Assembly: GCA_028534125.1 (NCBI GenBank)
Contig: CM052820.1
Coordinates: 61,318,001-61,382,000, forward strand
Direction of reading: 5' to 3'
DNA from: Lama glama
Taxonomy: Eukaryota
DNA length: 64,000 nt
The notes under the pieces were generated by a model, which saw only the letters and a program-made list of their open reading frames with translations, made no database searches and had not been told where the DNA came from. Both the position numbers and the translations under genes were made by a program. Shown in pieces: positions 53,401 to 64,000 of this stretch. Position 1 is the first letter of the stretch; every line of letters begins with the position of its first letter.

Positions 53401-55337
53401 TCTGTGTAGAAGTATTTCATTACATCTTATGTGAGAAAAGCGAATCGTAAGATTTTGGCAAAACCTGTCCAGGATCCTATGAAAAGATATAGCTACAGTT
53501 TTCAGGCCAGCGATTAGGAATTATGGTTTCACATGATAATATTCTGACAGCCTATTTATGAGCCAGGACCATAAACGATGCTCCTTCACTTTCATATTTA
53601 TAGATAAATATGCCAACCTCCATTTTCTCATTGCAAGACAAGTCTTTTGAACAGTGACAAATGTGAAATCCCTTTGGGAGTGAAGGCTCAGTAGTGTGGC
53701 TCAGTGAGTCTAATTGGGGTTCCATTTCCTTTGTTCCTAGGGAATTGGGAGGGTGAGTGTAAAATGACTTTCGTGCTTGACACCAGTTGCATAGATTTAT
53801 TTCAGTGATTGATTAAAAGATCATATGGCTTTGCTAAGCACTGCAATGCTGCATCAATCTTCAAGAGAGCTGAAACTGCCATTAATTCTGCCCTGCTCTC
53901 TTAGGGGAAAAAATTCTGGAAGACTGCGTGCAGCCATTAACAGGCATAAGCAGAGTTAAGAGTTGCTTCAACTGCTGAGCTATGAAAAGAAGCAGGTCCA
54001 ACTAGAGCATTTCACAGTATTGTTTTTTTAAAAGGCTTCATCTGTTTTATTTGGTCAATTAATTTAAATTTAAATGCAGAAAATCCAGATGATTTCTACA
54101 GCGAATAATTAAACATGTAATTAAACGTGTACTTTGGAGACATGTAACCTTCAACAAGTCATTTGAGATTTACTTTGCCCTACTGTTTTATGGGTATGGG
54201 GTGGGGATGATGTCAACTGTTATTTTCTTTATTATTTTTAATTACAGAAGAAGTATGTACTGCTGCAAAAATTTAACATGACATAGCAGTTTATAAGGGA
54301 AAAAGTGAAAATCTCCACCTGTTCCCTAAAAACTCTTGGTGGCAGTAGGGAGTGGAGGGACTTACGTAAAACTTGGGCATTAAAAGAAAGTGAGAGAAGA
54401 GAGATTCAGGTGATGGCAGATACAAATTTCATTCTACAAACTCAAGTATACAAAAAATGGTAATCTTCTTTTTCTACAACCAGTTAACTCATAGTAGGAG
54501 CTCCCATACTGCTAAATAAGTTCTTCGCCTCAATCACACCCCACCTCTTTCCTCAGCTGGGCCCAAGGTTGTGAGCTTACAAAATGCCAAGGCTTCGGGC
54601 AGAGCAAAGGTGACATCTTGTCCTCACCCTAATTGAACTTTGCAGTGTGGCTGCTACTGAGAAGATTTTTGTCTAACATGGTGCTGGGTGGTGGGTTCAT
54701 ACAGGTCCTGCCCAGCAGAACCTCTGAAAGTCAGATGGGTCCTGGTATTAAGTTCATCTGTCCCTGAACTGATAAGAAGTCCTGTGATCTTCCTTTAGAA
54801 GTACAGGAATTCTCCTCCAACGCTTGCACCATCCTGGATGTCCTGACATTGTGAACTTGACTCAGAGCTACCCGCCCAGACACACTACACAGACATGTCT
54901 CTGGACAAGAACCCTGTCTTCACGCCTTTCAGATCTCCAAATCCATCTGCAGATTGTCATTGTCCTACTTTGCTCTTAATCTGGCTTTGCCCTGGGATGG
55001 CTGAAGGATGGGATTCTGAGTCTCTATCCCATAAACCTGATACTATCAAGGTCTTACTGCTTACCTTCTAACTCTCTTCCCCCTTTGATGAAGGACGTGA
55101 TCTGCGTGGTGTCTTCTAACTTCACTGTCTCTTCTTCCAAATCTCTTCTCCATGTCCTGAGTTATTTCCATTTCTTCCTTCATGTTAAACTTGTGAAATT
55201 CAAAATTGACTACTTTCTCTTCTCTTGGTTGTGTCATCTCTTATGTGAGGCAGAAAGGAAAAGAGATTAGCTGATTAGAGGAAGAGTTAAGGCTTTTAGG
55301 AAATTCTGATGTGGCATAAATAGTTGCTAAATCAAAA

Positions 55338-55480
55338 ATTTAATATGACTTATTAATTAATTATTAAATATATGAATAAATAATTATTAAACACTAGTTA
55401 TTAAATATTTCAAAATATGACTTATGAATTAATTTAATATGACTTATGAGTTAATTATTAAATACACACACACACATACA
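55338..55480. repeat. AT-rich degenerate minisatellite followed by a (CA)n tract
   Basis: aatatgacttat(t/g)a(a/g)ttaatt occurs three times, then acacacacacaca. Confidence 0.8.
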
Positions 55481-56734
55481 CCATGCCCCTGCCACATAAA
55501 CAGTAGATTTCTGTTTCTCACACACACAAAAACATCATTTAAAATGTATGGGTAGAATTCTGCAACTTACTGTAACTCCCTTGAGCAGTATAGACAAAGA
55601 TGTCTATAATTCATACGAATCAGTGTAATTCATACAAGCCCCAAATTTAAAAGCAGCTGCCTAAAATGACTTATCTATGGCTGAAATCAAGATAGTATAC
55701 AGCAGTATTCTAGCTCCAATTATTTATAGTTCATGTCCATTCTGATTAATCCATTCTGTTTATTCAGCACCAGTATTACACTGTTGTTTATTTCTGTTAG
55801 TGTTTACTCTTCTTACATCATTCCTGGTTGTACCTTAACTTGACCAAATAGATGCTCAGGTTGTTTCTAAATATTTGCTGTTTAAACAACATTGCTGTGA
55901 ACATCTGTGTGTATCTCCATAGTATTTCTATAGCATAGGTGTCTAAAAAGTAGACTACTTGGGCTAAACTGTATGCACATTTAAAATCTTCCAAAGTTTT
56001 TACCAATTACACATCCACCAAAAGAATGGATATATCCCCTTCTCCATGCTCCTGTTAGCACTAAATATTACAACTTTTAAAAATATTTGCTAAATTTTAG
56101 GTGAAGAATATTAGCTCACTATTATTTTTTACTCATATTGCTAGTATGACATGGCTTTATTTTCTAGACACTTGTACACTTCTTCTCAAATTTACCTCTT
56201 TATTCTGTTTGTTTGACTTTTGTTACTGATTTACAGATGCTGTCTGTTAGTGATTCTAAATTTTTGGTACTTCAATGTGAGAATATTTTTCCCAAGTCTA
56301 CCAATTACTTCCATGTTTGCCTTATACAAAACTTCCATATGTCTGAAAGGTCATATCTATCTGTCGTTTCCTATTTAACTATTGTATTTTCTGTGTTAAG
56401 TTAAAAAAATCTTTCATTATGAAACTATTGTAGAATATTTGGCTGTAAGTTTAGCTCTTTAAATCTTTACAGATTTTTTTTTGGACATGATGTGAAGTGA
56501 ATGCTAACATGTTTTCCCAAACTTATCCCAACAGCTTTTCAAATCTTACACTATTTTCACAACTGATTTGAAATAATAATTAGCATGTTCTTCCAAATGA
56601 ATCTATTTCTGTATTTAAGAAAAATACCAAACTGCTTGAATTACTTGTTTATAATTATTTCTTATACTTTGATATGTGTTAGGGCAAGTCAGAATTTATC
56701 ACTTATTCCAAATATGCTTGGCAATTCTAGAGTA

Positions 56735-57065
56735 TACTTGACCCTTGAACAACAAAGTTTTGAACTGTACAGATCCACTTATACGAGGATTTTTTCTCCA
56801 ATAAATCTAGTATCTGCATTTTCATTTTACACATCTTTAAATTACAAAGCGTGGGGAAAAGTTTGTGTTCAAGTAGAGACTACAATATGTGGAATCAAAA
56901 GAACTAGGGTTTGAATCCTGATTCTATCCAAACTGTTCCAGCTTCCTGCCCTTGGGTGAGTCATGTATTAACTCTTTGTTTCTGAGGCAGAGCTGGCAGT
57001 ATGTGGATTTTCGACCATCTGGGGAGTAGGCACCCCTAAACTCCATGTTGTTCAAGGATCAACTG
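56735..57065. mobile_element. Tigger2a-type MITE (artiodactyl type) with a MIR-like internal segment
   Basis: TA-flanked TIRs ttgacccttgaacaac...gttgttcaaggatcaactg. Internal ctagggtttgaatcctg...cttgggtgagtca. Confidence 0.85.
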
Positions 57066-59814
57066 TATTTCCTCTGAGATTTGAACTTGAGAATCAGCTT
57101 CTCAGTGTTAAAGTCATAGAATGAATTTTTGGAGTGTCTGTGTTTCTTCCAATGTTTGAGAGAAGCGTTAAGTAACACAATTAACTGCTCCTTGAAGACC
57201 GGGGTAAAACAGCATAAAACCATTGGTGTCGAGTGCCTTTGGAGATGGAGGATATCTATGTGTTGTTTGTTTTCTCCTACGTCTTCTGTGGTTGCTGAGC
57301 TGTTTGAGTCCTCTCACTCTTTTGAATCAAATACATCCTTCACAGTTTTGAAGAATACTGTCCCTTTAGTTCATAGTCTTAAATGCATCAGTAAAAGATT
57401 GCATATGCTTTTCTCTTACTACTTATTAATTTTATTTCTATGATTATCTTATTTTTATCTCTAATGTCATTTGTATCTTCTCTGTTCTTTATCACTCAGG
57501 CATGCAAGAAGCTTGCCAATTTCACCAGTATTTTCAAAACAGCAGTTCTTGTCGTTTTCTGTGTAAGTTTTGTAATTTCTGATTTATTCACTTCTGCTTT
57601 TGTTTCTATTATCATTCTTATAGTTTCTTTTTGGCTTGTTTAAGAAAATAGTTTCTCATACTCAATACTTAGAGTGTTTTCAGGCTTTTTCTTTTCACAA
57701 TACTAGATTAAAATGGAGGTTTATATTTAATAAAACGTACAAGGGGAAAGAGAAACCACCATCTAGAAGATTTCAATTTGGACAACAAAAAATGAGACTG
57801 CATAGTAACTAAAGACTGCATGAGAATAAAATAATACTATTTAAAATTATGAAAGTATATAAAGAAGAAACAATACGCACAAGAAAACTTGTTCAACATA
57901 GCATAGTAAACAGGGAAAATGCAAATTAAGACAAAAATGTACCCATCAAGTTGGCAAAAAATAAAAATGCCTTGAAAACACTGACTTAAGGGTTTGAGGA
58001 GCTGGGACTGCACTGCTGCACGTATCTTAGACAGCAATTTCACAATAGCTAGCAAAGTGGAGGAAGGTGCTCTTCATTACCCTGTAATTACACTTCTAGA
58101 TACAGATTCACTCTTCCAGTACAAGAAATACCTAAATAATGCCAATTCTTAAGTATAAATCGACTTTTAGGTATAGAGAAATTCTTTCACGAGTAAACAA
58201 AGAGATCAGTACAATGATCATTTTCTTGATGTTGTCTCTTATCAAAAACAATAAGACTACCTAGAAGATTAAGCACAGGAAAATGGATTAAATAAACAAA
58301 ATGGGATATTGCATGGCAGTTAAAATGAACGCGTGTGATCTCTGTGCACTTATCAGAATGGGCTGATCCTGATGACACAACGTTAAGCGTAAAAGCAAGT
58401 TGAATTTTGTTACACAAAAGGTTTCTTATAGAAGTTTTACAGGTCTTTAAGGTTTTATAGGTTTCTTATCATACAAATAATTATTAAGAGTATAAAAATA
58501 AGTACTTTAAACACATCAAATTTGTGATAGAGGGTAATGGACCTTAGAGGGAACTGGGAGGAAATTCAATTTTATCTGAAGTTGTTCATTTATCATAAAA
58601 AGATCTAAAGTGAATACCACAAAGTATCAACATTAGTCCAAATATTAGTATATTTTATCTTATATATTTGAATACATTTATTTTAATTTAAAAATCCTCA
58701 TGTGATACACTAAGTGTTCTAAATACCACATTTTTCCATCCAGTATAATTTGCTTATACACTCCATACATTCAGCTTTGTGATTTTATCTTTAAAATTTA
58801 TTAAGAAGTTACTTTGTGCCTTTTCCAAGTGATTAGGTAACTTTCACTGTACCATCTAGTTATTTTAGAAGGTTTCCACACAATGTAGCTTTAATAGAGT
58901 CTAGTTTTAGCAGTTTATGGGGATTTTCTTTGACTCCAGCATATGACAAACTTCTGCAAGTGCCATGAAGGCATCAGCAAATGATGTGCAGTCCTTACTT
59001 ACTGGGTCCAATGTTGTATGTGAGTATGTGTGTGTTCATATGTGTCTGTGTGTGCATGCATGAGTATTTCCAGGATAGGTTACAGCTTTCTAGAATTAGT
59101 TATTTCAGCTTCCCCTTGTATTTCTGTCAGTCTGTCGTATTTATGTTGATCTTATATGCAGTGTGTATGAGTTTATATGCCAGGAGTATTTAATGGATTG
59201 GCTTTTAATCACTATAAACTATTCCTTTTAATTAAAAATAAATTTTCCTCAAGTTCCATTTGTAAAACTTTCATATTTCTATCCTGAAATTGTTTGTTGA
59301 TATTTGTCTGTTAGGTTGTTTTCCATTTTTCTCTTTTCAATACATCTTTGTGTTTTGCCATACTATTTTTTTTAACTTCTAAAGTCAGATACACATAAAA
59401 TTCCAAAAAGAGAGTGATGTTAACTTGCCAAAGTTGTTTGTCATACACTCTCTCTGTCCATTTCCTATTGAATTTCATGAAACCCCATAACAATTAGTAT
59501 TTATTTAATACCAAATCTAAACTAGCAGTATTTATTTGTGATACAGGATGTGACATAGAATAGAGGAAGGCAGTGGAGTAGGTGAGTCAACTAAACTGTA
59601 CAGTATGACCCTTGATTTTAAGGGGCACATCACCTAGAGAAACAGAAAAACAAATAAATGTCAATAGTATGAAATTTATAATTGGTGTGATATTCAAAGA
59701 AGGAAGACAATGCTTACTGGAGTCATTAGAGCAAACTTCATGGACCTTTTTAGTTAATGAATGAAAAGAAGACCACTTTAGGTTTTTTCAATAGGGGAAT
59801 AGCATAAATGAAAA

Positions 59815-60730
59815 CATTCATTCAATGATTCATTCAATACAACAAATACTGACTGAGCAACTACTTTTTAAAGAATTGAGATAGGTGTTGGAAGTACAAT
59901 CGTGTAACAATGGCCCCATAAAATGAAGCTTAGAGTCTATCAGGAGATTATATCATCCAAGTAGGTATAAAATGAAGTTCTGTACCCAAGAAATGAAGTG
60001 CTGGATCATCAACAGGAGGGGAAATCCAGTTAGGGAGACTGAGGAAGTCTTTTCCAAAGTACAAATATTAAACTGATGTCAAAAGAAAGAATGGGTTACA
60101 ACCATGCAAGAGAGGTGGGAAGGAGTTTATTAGGCAGAGGAACAGTGTGGGCAAAGGCTCAAAGGCAGAGGGAACCTGACCTGTTCTCCCTCTCTTTGAA
60201 GCTAGAATGAAAAGAGAAAAGGGTCTCATGTCATGGGAAGCAGTGAAAAGTATACTAGAGCCAGCTGTCGTAGGCATTTTAGGTTAGGTTAAAGATTTTG
60301 ATCATTGTCTTAAAAATGATAGGAAACCACTACTGAAATATTCAAACAGAGTAAGGATTTGAGGGTAGAATGAAGATGATTGACTCGATCAATATTTGTA
60401 TTACAGGGGGGTCCCTCTAGCTGCAGAAATCTCCCTGCCTCTCCCTCCATGGAGAATGAGTTGGAGGCACAGAAGAAGCCATGGGGGAAGGGGCTTCTGC
60501 AAAAGTGCGCCTGAGAGAGAGCTCATAGTGGTTGCATTGAAATGGAAAGAACACTTTGTAATGAAACAATATTTGAGAGGTAAAATCAATAGGGCTTTAA
60601 GATGGATTGGATATGGAGTAAGAAAGAGATGGATGTGTCAAGGAAGGACTCCAGGGTCTCTGGCCTCTTCCACAGGTTGAGGAGAGCAGGGAGCAGGAGG
60701 AGGAGATCATGAGGTGTGTTCAGGACATGA
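59815..60730 (-). mobile_element. LINE-2 3' region
   Basis: cattcattcaatgattcattcaatacaacaaatactgactgagcaactac tail, followed by a purine-rich L2 body. Confidence 0.7.
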
Positions 60731-61729
60731 TCACAGTCGTTGAGAATGGAGTGTACGTGCAGGTGACGGCAATGATAACCAACGTGGCAGCAGCTGGAAA
60801 TGCCTACTGGAGGTTAGTGCAAGAATAATGAAAATTAAATGGGTTGGGAGGAGGCACAAAAAAGGCAACTGAAATTCAGGCAGTGATGTTTATAATCACA
60901 CAAAACCGCTACTTACTTGGTGATTCTTTCAGATACACAACTACTTCTCAGAGTCTTGGTTTTCTCATTTTAACAGTATCAAATTGTATCCATTCGTAGG
61001 GTTCTTGTGAGGGTTAAATGAAATATGGGTTAACTGTCTAGTTCAATAGTGCTTAATAATGTTTATTTTTAAGAGAACAGGGAGAGAAAAATGAGGTCCC
61101 ATTTTCAACTTGAACTGCAACCTTATGTACTGCTTATCGCAGCCTCTATTTGAGATGTTTGGAAAAAGAAAGGAGATTAGATGATTTGTCTCCAGTCAAA
61201 AACTTTCATTAGTTAGGGCTGTTCTCTGAGTGCTGGTGCAGCAGGCAAGCAGGCATTTTCCTAGCACGTGGTACAGTAACATAAATTTTGAGACTGAGAT
61301 GAAAAAAATTGTTGACCTATTTTAGGAAAGTTGTCCAGATTGTCTCCCAACAAAACATACTTGTCGTTTTGACAATATACCCAAATATATGGCTCATGGG
61401 CTGCATGAAGGTTTCCAGGCTGTGGCAAAATGGTTTATGCCAAAGAGAGAGCCAGCTCCTTGGCTATCCCGTGACAAAATACCCAGGAAAGCAAGCACTA
61501 ACCAAACTAAGGCAATAAGGCCTGAATATAGTGGCTGTAATGTGACCATTCTGGGTTCTGGCTTGTCATAGAAAATCAGGAGATCTGACAACACCAGATC
61601 TGCCTTCTGCTCTCTAATTCACATAGTTCCCAACATTTCCTGTTTGATACCTTCCAAGCGGTCCTTTGTGTTCACTTGTATGACCTGTCTGGACCCTGCG
61701 TTTATCCAAGTGTGTCATTCAAACTTTTC

Positions 61730-61910
61730 TTTCACTAACATCTGGGTTCAAATCCTGACTTATTATCTGACCATAGACAAGCTACTTAACCTAACTGTAG
61801 ATTTTTCATCTGTAACATCAGGACATTAGTAATTAATTTAAAAGCTGTCATGTGGATTAAAAACACACATATCAAGTCCATAGGACAGTACATAGCAACA
61901 GATTAGTGTT
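61730..61910 (+). mobile_element. MIR SINE
   Basis: ctgggttcaaatcctgact...tgaccatagacaagctacttaacct...ttttcatctgtaa. Confidence 0.7.
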
Positions 61911-62769
61911 CATGGCTGGGTACTGAGGAAGGGAGTGAGATTTTTCTTAAGTGCTCTTGTGAAGGTTCATACAAATGGATGTTTTCAGAGGTCCAACTGT
62001 TCTCAGAAAGACGCTCCAGGTAAACACCACTCACTTTCTTGAGCTTCCCTTAACCACGGTTTATCAATACTCAGCTATACCTTATCAGCACATCTAGATT
62101 TCAGCACCTGTAACCCATGTTTTCTATTTTTTCCTCCAGAGGATGGCTCAATTTTTGACTCTGTTGAAGCCCAGATAGGGTCCATTTTAGTGATTCTAGA
62201 AAAAGAAGCCAGCACTTTGATGTAATTTTTGTATTCTGAGGAGATATTAATACCAGCCACCTTCCTAGCTTATTCATCCCATTTAATGTGTTTTACTCCT
62301 ACTGTTATGTTCCTTAAGACTAAACTTTGTTCCCTGTTTGTTAATCCTTATAAATTATCATAGTATGAATAAATTCATTGGAATTTTAAACATTGCTTTG
62401 TTAAGGAAGAACTGTATTGACATAAAAATTCAAGCATCACCTAAAACAAAGAAACAGAAGATCTTTCTTCCTCATCCAGTCCTTCATTCCTCCTCGCAAC
62501 ATAACCACTTTGTCAGTTTTAGGTTATGTTCTTCCAAAAATAAAAGTTGGTTTACTCAACTGTACATGTGTGCGCACTTTTAATTACAAATGGAATTATA
62601 CCACTCATCTCTTTCTGTAAAACTTTACATGTAAATATATACATACCAACATTTTAATGGCTGAACTGTATTCTATTAAATGAGATATGCATATATGATT
62701 TATGTGACAAATCCTCTATTTTTGGATATTACAAATAATGTTACAGTGTGTGTATATATATTCATGCAT

Positions 62770-63150
62770 CTGTATTTTTTACTTAAGACATCCTGGAGAC
62801 CTGAATTAAGTCAGTGACAGTGGAGACAGCAAGATGGAGGATACACAAAAGGGCAATTTCCAGATTTCTTTCTTGGATAAACAATTATATGGGATGATGC
62901 TCACCAAAATAAGGAATGTCAGAGTAGAAAGGGTTTTCATAGTGGGAAATAATGGCTTCAGTTTTTTACAGGTTAAGTTTCAGTTGTCCAAGGAGCATCC
63001 AAGTTGAGCTTTCCAGTAAGCAATTAGATATAATTGCCTAAAATTCAAGAAATAGTTCTTGGCTGCCAAGTTTGTTCTGCAGCAGACTATAAAAGTGGCC
63101 AGTGTCAGAAATTGGTAGCCTGGTCCAGGAATTACTTAAAGAGAATTCTG
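62770..63150 (-). mobile_element. LINE-2 fragment
   Basis: ggttaagtttcagttgtccaaggagcatccaagttgagctttccagtaagcaattagatata. Confidence 0.6.
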
Positions 63151-64000
63151 GATGAGTTACAAAGGAAGAAGGTGATTCCACTATGGTTGACTAATAATAC
63201 TTACAAAATAAAAGGAGACTTTCAAACTTGAAAAGATTTACTGCTATATAGTATTCATGTAATTCACTTATTAAGGCTAAATTCGTATCTCCTGATACTT
63301 ACATTCTTTTATTTTTAGATTATGGAATGGTCATAGTTTTAATTCTTCAATTTAGTCAGAAAACAACATATTAATTTCCAGGAAAATTAGCATATTCTTA
63401 TGCCATATGTTTTGTTGTTTGATCCACATTACCAGTTGGAGGGAAACTCTCCAAGCAGGGAAAAAGAGCCAAGTACTGAAACTGCAAATTCAAAGTTATA
63501 AAATTCTCATAGAAACATGTCAGCCAGAGACAGACCCAGCGTCTGCTATAGAAGTTTTACAAGAGATTCTGGCTTTTTAGGAGGGGTCCCTTAGGTGCTT
63601 TCCAACTCTAACTCTGATTCTGACTGACATGAAGGAGAATCCAAGTTTTTATTTAATCAGGAAACCAGGGCTTATTCCAAAACCAGCCCTGAAAGCAAAG
63701 GAATCCTCCACTTACTCCCAGGAATCCTCCATCCAGCGGGCTTCATGAACCTGTCCATCAAGAATGAGTCACCTGTGTCTGCACCTTACCCGTCACCTGG
63801 GGCCAGAGCTCTCTAATTGCAGTGAGAAGGGAAAGCAGCAGTCATTCTGACACTGCCTGGGGACATTCCTCCCCATTCCTTGAATGGCAAATGTACAGTG
63901 TAGAAAGTGAACATTTCTCCTAAGTTCAGATTTAGCTAAGAACAGAAAATAGAGTATACTCGAATTACTGCAAAATACTGGTTGTGGTGGAGCACATCAG

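Noticed and set aside
55338-55465. Repeated ~21-bp units that superficially resemble a repeat-spacer array
   Set aside because: Eukaryotic AT-rich slippage minisatellite with irregular spacing and no unique spacers; not CRISPR.
55762-55780. REST/RE1 left half-site TTCAGCACC (also ~62100)
   Set aside because: The right half GGACAG is absent at the proper spacing.
63699-63731. Direct repeat AGGAATCCTCCA x2
   Set aside because: Short local duplication with no element between the copies.

Overview
Mammalian genomic DNA, gene-poor and repeat-rich. It is probably from a camelid: there is a young L1 3' end of camelid type and an artiodactyl-type Tigger2a MITE, and I saw no Alu, B1, Bov-A/tA, CHR, PRE, ERE or SINEC SINEs. 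The species call is an inference. The only protein-coding gene I can support is the intronless Reprimo gene (RPRM, 34590-34919, +, 109 aa), inside a CpG island and followed by a ~0.87 kb 3' UTR with AATAAA at 35783. The rest is interspersed repeats plus unique non-coding DNA with candidate regulatory elements. The repeats include two internally deleted L1s, several L1 3' ends, L2, L3/CR1, MIR, MaLR and ERV solo LTRs, and MER5 and Tigger2 MITEs. Seven N-runs of 129-154 bp all fall inside repeats. I found no convincing novel protein-coding system. The best leads are non-coding: a 301-bp CpG-rich solo LTR with two NRF1 palindromes, a triple p53 half-site cluster upstream of this p53-target gene, a MER41-like LTR, an ancient palindromic element, a CpG-retaining block next to a CTCF-like motif, and dense enhancer-motif clusters. 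Repeat family names come from recall of consensus sequences, not from a search, and most repeat boundaries are approximate.
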